Origin: Thelocarpon superellum
Lineage: Eukaryota
Assembly (NCBI GenBank): GCA_026025795.1
Contig: JAPEUG010000003.1
Coordinates: 124,001-162,625 of the forward strand
Reading direction: 5' to 3'
Length of the DNA: 38,625 nucleotides
Shown here one piece after another: positions 10,698-19,895 of this stretch (positions within the stretch are counted from its first letter, which is position 1; every line of letters begins with the position of its first letter). The position numbers were made by a program, and so were the translations under genes. The notes under the pieces were generated by a model. The model ran no database searches. It was not told the origin of the DNA and was given only the letters and a program-made list of their open reading frames with translations.

Positions 10698-11921
10698 ATG
10701 CCGAGGTGGCGTCGAGCAGCCTATTGCCCGATCGATCTCGTGAAAGTGAGCTGGCCACGAGTCCCTCCCACCGCCACGATGCCTGGCGCTCGCGCATCCA
10801 TCTCCACCACGAGCCTCACGCCACAATATGTGCGGCTGAAAGAGCTGACAGCGGGGACGGCCGATCCCGGCGTCTTCAACGGGGGCGTGTGGACGGTGGC
10901 CCGCAAACGTGACGGCCGCCGCTTCGTGGAGAAGCTCCTGCCCACGGCGACGATTCAGAACGGCATGGCGGAGCGCGAATGCATCATCATCCGCAGCCTG
11001 ATCCACCGCAACGTCCTCCGTTTCGTCGACGCCTTCATCGACGCGCCCGGCCTCCAGGCTTCCCTCTACACGGACCACTGCGACCTCGGCAACCTGGACG
11101 AAGTCATCCGGCAGCACGCGCGACGACGGGAGCCCGTACCCGAGGGCTTCGCGCGCCACGTCATGACGTCGCTCACGAACGCGCTGGCCTTCTGCCACGC
11201 CGGGGTATCGGACCCGCTCTCGCACCCCGCCACGGCGCGGCTCGACCGCTGGCTGGCGGTGGTGCACCGGGACCTAAAACCCGGCAACGTGTTCCTGACC
11301 TCCAGTCCCAACCCCCACGCCTTCTCGACCCGCACCTCCGCCAACACCTCCAACTCCCACCCCCTCTTCAACTCCACCCCCAACGCTGCAAGCCTCCGGG
11401 CCGTATACCCCCGCGTCGTCCTCGGCGACTTCGGCTGCTGCATCCGGCAAGACTCACCCGGCTACGACCGTCCGCTGTGCGCCGGGGCGTTATACATCCA
11501 ACCGCCCGAAACGCCCAAATTCAGCGAACAAGGCGACATCTGGGCCCTCGGCGCGGTGATGCAGATGCTGTGTCGTCGCGATGGGGGGCCGCTGGTGCAT
11601 CGGCCCCCAGGCTGCCGCTTGGCCTTGACTTACCATGACTGGATGCGGCGCGACGAGGCGTGGAATCCGCTGGGCGCGGGCCCGGTGTACACCCAGGCCT
11701 TGAACTACGTCGTCGGCCGCTGTCAGGAGTTGGACCGGCGTTCCCGCCCGTACGCGACCCAGCTGGCGCACATGCTGGATACATGCTTTAAGCGGGATCT
11801 GGTCCTGCTTCGACCGCTGCCGTCTTGGTCGCTCCCGGGTGGTGCGGGGTATGATGGTGGCGGCGGCGGCGGCGGTGGTGAGGAGCAGAGGAGAGGTAGG
11901 CTCCGTGTCGTCAACCATTGA
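10698..11921 (+). CDS. Divergent NIMA/NEK-like Ser/Thr protein kinase; intronless (alternative start 10779)
   Basis: FVEKLL (beta3 Lys), AEREC (alphaC Glu), LYTDHCDLGNL, HRDLKPGNVFL, VVLGDFG, QPPE and DIWALG. The LY..C..G.L and HRDLKP.NVFL patterns are NEK-like. Confidence 0.75.
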   Translation: MPRWRRAAYCPIDLVKVSWPRVPPTATMPGARASISTTSLTPQYVRLKELTAGTADPGVFNGGVWTVARKRDGRRFVEKLLPTATIQNGMAERECIIIRSLIHRNVLRFVDAFIDAPGLQASLYTDHCDLGNLDEVIRQHARRREPVPEGFARHVMTSLTNALAFCHAGVSDPLSHPATARLDRWLAVVHRDLKPGNVFLTSSPNPHAFSTRTSANTSNSHPLFNSTPNAASLRAVYPRVVLGDFGCCIRQDSPGYDRPLCAGALYIQPPETPKFSEQGDIWALGAVMQMLCRRDGGPLVHRPPGCRLALTYHDWMRRDEAWNPLGAGPVYTQALNYVVGRCQELDRRSRPYATQLAHMLDTCFKRDLVLLRPLPSWSLPGGAGYDGGGGGGGGEEQRRGRLRVVNH

Positions 11922-12051
11922 GTGGGAGCGCACGGACATGGATCCAAGGAGTCAAAGAGTGCGAAGACTTCTAGTAGTAATACATCAACCGGCAATCGTG
12001 TAGTATGTTTCCCTCGGGATTCGATCTATCAATCAAAAACCAATCAATCAA

Positions 12052-13209
12052 TCAAACCTTCTCCTCTGCAGTTGGGGAAGCCAGATCCGCGTCGGAGAAA
12101 GGCAGATCCATCATCCGACTCTTCAGCCGGACCAAGCTCTCCTCCCCTCTCGGGTCCTGGAACGAGATGTCCCCGCCCGCGACCGTTTCATCCGTCAAGA
12201 CTGCCAGCCTCGCAATCTCGCGCCGCAGATAGGCCACCACGGCGGCCAGGCCGTTGACGTCGACCAGGTCGTCGCCGCCGAAGACGTTCCGCCAGACGGC
12301 GCTCGCCAGGACGGCGTCGCCCTTGCACAGGCCCTCGTCGTAGGCCGCCAGCGCGCCGCGATACTGCACGTACAGGTCTTTCAGGTAGCCTGTGCGCGTG
12401 CCGGACGAGTGGAGCCCGTGCTTCGTCACCATGCGCTCCTCGGCGTCGTAAAAGAAGTGGTCCAGTAGGTGCTGTTGCCATGCTGGCGCCTGCGCGCGTG
12501 GAAAACATCGGAAGCGCGTCGCGAGGAGATAGAGATGGAGCATGGTGATTTGTGCCCAGGTGTTGAAGGTCGGTGAGAGGCCGAGATCTATCGAGTCCCC
12601 TCCCCGTCAGTCAGTGAGGGCCCAGATAGACGGTGCTTCGGTGCTTCGGTTCTGCTCTCGCCCACCTCGGTACCACCAGCTCTCTCCCACGCCGACTTCG
12701 ACCCCCGCGTCCGTCTTGGGCACGGTGCCGCCGCTTCTCTCCTGCCCTTTCTCCACGGCAGGCATCGAGTAGTCCGCCTGCCGTGCGCATTCGCGGTACA
12801 TCCGCTCCGTGACGCCGTACGCGACATACGTCTCCGTCGTGCGGCCCGCGCGTTTCCGGAGCTCCCGTGCCAGCCGTTGCGTCGTTTCCGTCGTGGGCGA
12901 TCGGGCCGTCATGCTGTCGCTTTCTTTCCACATTGGCACTTTCGCTGGCGGCGGCGCCACGTCCGCGCTCGTGCGTGCGGTTCGCTTGTCCACGTCTGCG
13001 AAGCCGCGGCTGGACGAGAGCGAGAGATGTCGTCGGGTGGACAGGGGGAGACGGAGGTGGGTGATCTGGAGCAGTGGTTAGGTGGTGTGGATGGAGACGG
13101 AGCTTCGGAAGCCAAGTCTGTCACTCACGGGCGTGGTGGCATCGAGAATTTGATGGCGCAAGAGGGAGATGCACGCTCGGCATGTCGATGGAGTCTTCGA
13201 CGCCATCAT
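12052..13209 (-). CDS. CBP3: Ubiquinol-cytochrome c reductase chaperone Cbp3; exons 13209-13129, 13065-12666, 12587-12052
   Basis: Mitochondrial-presequence-like MMASKTPSTCRACISLLR. Then WWYRDLGLSPTFNTWAQITMLHLYLL and YLKDLYVQYRGALAAYDEGLCKGDAVLASAVWRNVF. Both introns are GT-AG and frame-consistent. Confidence 0.92.
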
Positions 13210-13655
13210 GGCGCACGGGACGTTGAGAACGGTGGGGCAATGGTCGTCGTGGTGGCTCTTGCACGAAGATATGTCAATTTGTGGCTTTGGGGTCGTTTGG
13301 GCTTGCCGGACTTCTTCAACGTCATGACTTGAGCTTCGTCACGCCCGATCGCGCCGGTACGGTGGCCGCTACGATCCGGCTGGGCCAGTGGGCGCCGGTG
13401 CTGCAGCCCCTGCACCGTGCACGACAGCGAACCTCGTCGCACAACTAAGTTATCGCTCATAGAGCCCCCAACGCTGCAGTCATGGCGGTTCGTGGATCTG
13501 AGAGAGCTCTCTTGAGTTTCATGAAGTACATTAACTCTCCCCGCTCCCGATCAATGTCATGGCCTTCTGGAAGACCTTAACGCGTCTGTCCTACATTCAC
13601 TCACCTTCATTGAAACGCCATTGTCATGCAATGCCATTTCCATCCATTTCGTCCA

Positions 13656-14578
13656 TCACCCTAACACCGCGGCCTCCACCGTCTTGTCCACCACCGGCAT
13701 CAGTTCGGATAGCTTGTTGGCATCGCGCATCAGGGCCGGTACATCCTCGCGTGTGATGGCCAGTTTCTGGACGCCCGTCAGCCAGGGAGCTGTGCGATGC
13801 GCAGGCACCAACCTTCTTCACCACGTCGAAGCTCTCTTCCCTTGCAAGATACTCGCGAAGCACCCGGCCCGTGACAAAGTCCACGTAGACTCGCGTGTCG
13901 CGCAGCCGAAACAGCACGTCGTCCAGTCGCAGGAAGAAGCGACACAACAGCAGCATGCGTGCCGGCATGACCCGGATCTTGCACGACAGCATGGCGATGC
14001 CATTGTCGGCCAACTCGTCCTCGTATAGCATCACCTCGTCAAAGAAGAGGATAGGATCGGGCTGGCGCAGGAGCTCGAGCGGGAGCGATTGTTGCGTGGG
14101 CTCCAGCGAGGGACTCGTCGGTCGCAGCGTCCCCTTGTAGTCGGTGGTGTAGGACCAGTCGAACGGCTTCACCACCTCCTTGATGCCTTCGTGCACCTTT
14201 TCCCTGCCACGGGTGAGACGAGAAGGGTGAGCAGAGAAGGATGCGAGGGCATCTACGTCGCACGAACCGATTCTTCTGCCATTCGCGCGAGTAGGCCACC
14301 TTCAGCATCGCCTGGCCCGTCTTGTCCACGCGGTCCAGCGCGTCAAAGGCGTTGAAGGTGAGGGCCCATCCCGTCGCTTCGTGCTCGATCGTCACGGCAT
14401 TGTCGCCAAAGATCATTTCGGGCGGGGTGATGCCCAGCTTCGACGTCATCTCCTCGATTGGTGCGGCTTTGAGAATGGGCAACTTGCGCGTCGAGATGGT
14501 GAAGCCATGGCGATGGATGGAATTCCCCGCGTCGGCGGGGTTCGGGAACAGCGTGGTGATGTTGCGTGGATCGGCCAT
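13656..14578 (-). CDS. TIP41: Type 2A phosphatase activator Tip41 (TIPRL); exons 14578-14268, 14203-13813, 13766-13656
   Basis: PPEMIFGDN, VVKPFDWSYTTDYKG and ILFFDEVMLYEDELADNGIAMLSCKIRVMP...RFFLRLDDVLFRLRDTR. Introns of 64 and 46 nt; last exon KLAITREDVPALMRD...AAVLG*. Confidence 0.95.
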
Positions 14579-14599
14579 CGTGACACCAATCACCTCTGC

Positions 14600-14638
14600 A
14601 CTCGCGCTCACGCTCACGCTGACGCTCACGCTTACGCT
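14600..14638. repeat. Degenerate (CTCACG)n hexamer repeat, about 6 units, in the TIP41 5' flank / bidirectional promoter
   Basis: actcgcgctcacgctcacgctgacgctcacgcttacgct read directly. Confidence 0.8.
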
Positions 14639-15044
14639 TCAGAGATAGTCCACGATGCGGTCATCATCCTTGCTCCACTCGGTCTGCCCCACGTGAGCGG
14701 GATAGCGTTAGGATCTACCAGCAACGAGCACCTATTCACGTTGAGCTCCCCGGTTCTCGTGGTCCTCGCGTCCTCCCGCTCCACCGGTAATGAAACGCCG
14801 GTCATGTTGGTGGGGCCGGTCTCGCTAAGACTTCCCTTGGCTGGGGGCCCTCCCGTTGCCGGGCCAATCCTCGTGTTTACCCCGATGCTGCACCGCTCGA
14901 CGCTCTGGTGGGCTGTGCTCTCTGCCACCCAGTCCTCGCAGCCGTCGGGTCGACTGGGTTTCCCAAGTATCCTTCGAGACATCTCCACCATCCACCAACG
15001 ACGCAGCGAGACGCTCGACTTGTCGCGCCCCGAACACGGAGAAG

Positions 15045-16434
15045 ATGGCCGTTCGTACGCTGGAGTCCCGGCTCGAGCTGTTGTCGGTCAAGGACGAGAA
15101 TGAATCCGTCAACTCGACGGGGACGGGGGGCCTCAAGTCCAAGGTACAGACTCGTCGGCGGAGATGCCACATTCCTGCTGATGACTGCTAGGGCTCATTG
15201 TCCACGGCCATGTCCATCGCAGGCCTTGGCTCGGCTCCGCAGCTGTCGTCCAGCACCAGTCGCAACAATCTTCTGAAGATGGCCCTGCAGAATACCAACC
15301 AGTCGAGCCTGAACAGCAACACCATCACTACTGTCGCCGTGCCGTCGCAAGCCACGCAATGGCGTGGCACCACCAACCTGACCGCGACCACGACCACGAC
15401 CACGACGACGGCCACGGCCACGGCCACGGCCGCGACTCTGACCGCCTCCCCACCACGCAAAGGGACGAGTGCATCGTCCTCGGAACGGACGTCGGACGAG
15501 ACGGCCATCCAACGACGCTCGAATGCCATCTACGAGCAGCCGGCGGCTCCCAAGCAGTTCCATCTCGGCATGTTTGAGATCGGCCGACCGCTGGGCAAAG
15601 GCAAGTTCGGTCGGGTGTATCTGTGCAAAGAGCGCACCAGCGGCTTCGTGTGCGCCTTGAAGGTGCTGCACAAGGCCGAGCTGCAACAGGGCAAGGTGGA
15701 GAAGCAGCTGCGACGAGAGATTGAAATCCAGAGCAACCTCCGGCACCCCAACATCCTGCGGCTGTACGGCCACTTCCACGACAAGAAGCGTGTCTTCCTG
15801 ATCCTCGAGTTCGCCGGCAAGGGCGAGCTCTACAAGCACCTGCGACGCGAGACCAAGTTCCCCGAGTGGAAGGCGTCGCAGTACATTGCCCAGATGGCCG
15901 CGGCGCTGAAGTACCTGCACAAGAAGCACGTCATGCATCGCGACATCAAGCCCGAGAACATCCTCGTCGGCATCCACGGCGAGATCAAGATCTCCGACTT
16001 TGGCTGGAGCGTGCACGCGCCCAACAACCGGCGCAACACCATGTGCGGCACGCTCGACTATCTCCCCCCGGAGATGATCAAGCCCGGCAGCCAGGAGAAC
16101 TACTACAACGAAAAGGTCGACCTGTGGAGCTTGGGCGTGCTCACCTACGAGTTCCTGGTGGGCGAGGCCCCCTTTGAGGACACGCCCGTCATGACCCAGC
16201 GACGCATCGCACGTGGCGAGATGACGGTGCCGCCGTTCGTCAGCCCGGAGGCCAAGGACTTGATCAAGCGGGTACGTGCTCGCCACCGTGCCGGTGCACG
16301 ATCCCCGCTCACATGAATTCTAGCTGCTGGTGCTCGATCCCGAGAAGCGCATTCCCCTCGAGGAGGTGCAGCAACATCCTTGGATCCTCAAGCACTGTCT
16401 CAAGACGGCCAAGCATCCGCCGCGGATTTCTTGA
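15045..16434 (+). CDS. IPL1: Aurora kinase (Ipl1/Ark1); exons 15045-15143, 15192-16271, 16324-16434
   Basis: [60 protein letters not shown]...[16 protein letters not shown]; last exon [22 protein letters not shown] Thr/Ala repeat lies in the N-terminal tail. Confidence 0.97.
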
Positions 16435-16628
16435 AGGATTCTTTTCTCCGACTAGCCTTGACTAGGTCAACGCAGTCGATCATGTGCTTTCGGAGTTGGT
16501 CGAGCGATGGTTGTCTATAACTCTTGATGATAATTCCATTCCAATTCCAGGATCCATGAACATGACCCATGACGCCGTTGATCGTTACGCCATTCATGCA
16601 GATTGACGCGACTCCTCGGCCGGGTGCA

Positions 16629-17476
16629 TCATCGATAGATCTCGTCAAAGGGTCGCGTATCAGCGAAGCAGGAATCCCAGACCTCGTTGACGACCTTGAT
16701 GGCCTGCACCTGGTCTTTGCAGAAGGGCCGATGCATCACCGACGCCACTGCCCTCCGTCGCACACAGTCTTGGTGATGCTGAGTAAAGGCCCATTGGCCA
16801 CGGGTGAAGAACTCGCGCGTCCAACGGCACTCTCCACTAAGACTCGACGCCCGGATCTGCCTGCGTCAGTCTCGTTGCTAGGGTGGAGCGCAAGTTGGAG
16901 GCCTGGGCATACCTCGGCACACGCCGCATGCCGCAAATCCGCCATCCAGTCCACGTTGAACCGGAGGTGGTCATACGCGTGGACCATTTCATGAGCCAAC
17001 GTATCCTCCAAGTGTCCCTTGTTCCGCAGCTCGTTGGCGCAGATCTGGATGCCGTGGGTGGGCGAGAAGCCACCGGATTGAAAAGTCGTACACCGCCTGC
17101 AGCGTACATTGGACTCGTTGATGTCGCCGTGGAGCTGGTTGATGTTCTGCCGCATGAAGCGGATGATGGGACCTGGCAGGGAAAGCGGCGGCGTGAGCGT
17201 AAGCGTGAGCTTCTATGGGATGATGGGGCCCAGTGGAGGGGCTGGCTCACTGTACTTGAAGAGACCCTCCTTCCACTCGTCGCATCTCTTGCAGTCCAGC
17301 GCTTCATTCTGTCGGTCTTTGTCGAGCTTGAACTGCCGCACGGCGTCCTCGGACATCTTTCCCCGAAGGATCTTGAACCAGTTTGGCCATGTGTAGCTGC
17401 TTTCGCGACTCCCTGGCCCAGGGTCGAATGCTGGTTCAGCTCGCGTTTCCGCGCGCCTTCCGTCGCTCTCTGCCAT
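16629..17476 (-). CDS. ATP23: Mitochondrial inner membrane metalloprotease Atp23 (peptidase M76); exons 17476-17251, 17172-16913, 16856-16629
   Basis: [41 protein letters not shown] (HExxH), [14 protein letters not shown] and C-terminal [17 protein letters not shown]. Confidence 0.95.
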
Positions 17477-17674
17477 CGGTGCTGTCGGCTTCCAGGTCCG
17501 TTCAGCCGAGCGTGACGGGAGATCTGGTTGTGAGGTGGTCTCGCTACACGAATTTTGGACGTGGATGGCGCACCTAGCGAAGGCGGTGAAGCGATCCGTG
17601 GCAGAATCTCAATCTCGTGAAGCGGCGACTTTTGGTTTGTGTACGAGGTTACGAATACTCGCCGTGGAGACGAC

Positions 17675-17681
17675 TGAGTCA
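17675..17681. promoter_or_regulatory. TGAGTCA Gcn4/CpcA response element upstream of PRO1
   Basis: Exact TGA(C/G)TCA (context CTGAGTCAT) about 115 bp upstream of the glutamate 5-kinase ATG; amino-acid biosynthetic genes are canonical cross-pathway control targets. Confidence 0.55.
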
Positions 17682-17796
17682 TGGGACTTCAGGTCCAGTC
17701 GTTCCCGAATTAACATGATTTTTGACGGCCCTTAGAAGAAGCGGCCTTTGAACGAAAGTTGGAAGGGTTCCTTCGTAGCAGAAATATTCGTCAAGC

Positions 17797-19647
17797 ATGA
17801 AAGGGCCGCGCCATCTCACCATTGTCATCAAACTAGGTGGGAGAAATGGAAATCGATAAGTCTCCAATACTCATTCTAACGGATCGGTCGTCAAGGGACC
17901 AGCTCGATCGTGGACGAGAAGACTCATGAACCTCTCCTCTCTATCCTCTCTTTGATCGTCGAGACGGCGGTCAAGTTACACAAAGATGGACATAAAGTGG
18001 TCATTGTGTCGTCGGGGGCCATTGGCGTGGGACTGCGGAGGATGAATATCGACAAGAGACCGAAGCATCTTCCACGGTCACAGGTATGATGACTGTCGTC
18101 TCACGAAATCATGCTGATACCTTCTCAGGCACTTGCGGCGGTGGGACAATGTCGACTGATGAGCTTGTGGGACAGTCTGTTCAATCATCTACAACAGCCC
18201 GTGGCTCAGATCCTCCTGACCCGGAATGACATCGCAGACGTAGGTGCGTCCATTGACTGGGCTCTGCCAGCAACTCATGCGTGCCCAGAGAACACAATAC
18301 CTCAACGCCCAAAACACCTTTGCCGAGCTTCTCAACATGGGGGTGATTCCCATCGTGAACGAGAACGACACCTTGGCAGTGGCGGTAGGACGGCTCCCTG
18401 AGGAAGATGAACCTGAACATCCTCGGCTCATATGAGGTCCAGGAAATCAAATTCGGTGACAACGACACCCTGTCCGCCATCACGGCGGCGATGGTACAGG
18501 CAGACTACCTCTTTCTCATGACGGACGTCGATTGTCTGTATGACAAGAACCCTCGAACGAATCCCGACGCCCACCCAATCGAGGTGGTGGAAGATATCGC
18601 CGTGCTAGCGGCGGATGGTCAGTCTCCTAGCTTTCACCTGTCATCGGCATTGAAGCCCAACTGCTATTCTAACCATGGACAGTGTCAACGGCCGGCTCCA
18701 GTCTCGGTACCGGAGGAATGTCCACCAAGATCGTCGCCGCACGACTGGCGACATCAGCCGGCGTCACGACAATCATCACGCGATCCTCCAACCCAGGGAA
18801 CGTGTACAAAATCGTCGAGTCTCTCGAAGCCAGCAAGGCTTCCGCCGCCAACTCGACGTCGTCCACGCCGCCCATTCCACCCCCAAAACCCATCCCCTCC
18901 TCTGCTCCCTCGATCGTCGACGGTCCAGCACGGCCACTCCAGCCACCAGCTCCACCTTCAACTCCACCACACACGCGATTTCTCCCCGGTCCTCATCCGA
19001 TCCGCGATCGATATTTCTGGCTGCTGCACGGGCTCGCGCCACACGGGACGCTGTATATCGACCAGGGAGCGCATGAGGCTCTGGCGAATAAAGCGGGCCT
19101 GTTACCCGTCGGCGTTGTCGGCGTCGAAGGCAATTTCTCGCAGCAAGAGGCGGTGAGGCTGGTGGTGGTGGCGAGGGGTGTATCTGTCTTCTCTTCCACT
19201 ACCACTCTTGCGTCCACGGGTACATCGGCATCCGCCTCCACCCCTATAACCACATCTCCCTCCACCTCCCTATGTACATCTTCGTCTATGCCTCCACCAC
19301 CTCCATCATCCACGCCGTCCTCCTCCACCACCGCCGCAGCGACAGAGGCAAAGCCGGAAAGAAAGACAGAGAGAGGAGGAGAAGAAGACAGAGGAGAAGA
19401 AATAGGACGGGCGCTGGTCAACTACAGCGCGCCCGAGATAAGCCGAATCATGGGTCTACGCAGTTCCGAGATCCGTGCCGTCCTGGGCTACGCCGACTCG
19501 GAGTATATTGCTCTGCGCGAGAACATCTCTCTTCTTCGTCGTGATGGTGGTGGTGGGACGGGTTCGATGCAAAGAGCAAGTCGGCCTGCTACTCCTGCTC
19601 TTACACCCGCTCCTGCACTCGTCGCTGCGACTGCGCCCTCCCACTGA
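17797..19647 (+). CDS. PRO1: Glutamate 5-kinase with C-terminal PUA domain; exons 17797-17836, 17896-18083, 18129-18239, 18289-18384, 18443-18617, 18683-19647
   Basis: [56 protein letters not shown], and PUA motifs [14 protein letters not shown]...EIGRALVNY. Five frame-consistent GT-AG introns. Confidence 0.96.
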
Positions 19648-19790
19648 TCGACCATACATATCCACCCTTGGAATCAGTACTTAGACAGTACATGGCGTCG
19701 GCGTCGAGGTCACTTTAGATAGATGGCCATCATACCTAATGCTCCCTCCTTCCTCATCACAGAAGATTTCTCATCGTTCAGAAAATAGCT

Positions 19791-19824
19791 GAGAGCCGAG
19801 CGCGGAGAGCCGAGCGCGGAGAGC
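19791..19824. repeat. 14-bp tandem repeat, about 2.4 copies (GAGAGCCGAGCGCG)
   Basis: gagagccgagcgcg gagagccgagcgcg gagagc, in the convergent gap between PRO1 and the next gene. Confidence 0.85.
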
Positions 19825-19895
19825 AGGACGTAAAGACGCCTTCCCAACAACGTCTCATGTTACATTTGCTTGCCCCTTTGTCCTCACCTAACCAC

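Noticed and set aside
15195..16286. 363-aa ORF antisense to Aurora kinase (likewise 24299-25204, 28374-29510, 9588-10277, 10629-11267 and many other shadow ORFs)
   Set aside because: They mirror real genes on the opposite strand; strong GC3 bias removes antisense stops, and the translations carry no recognisable motifs.
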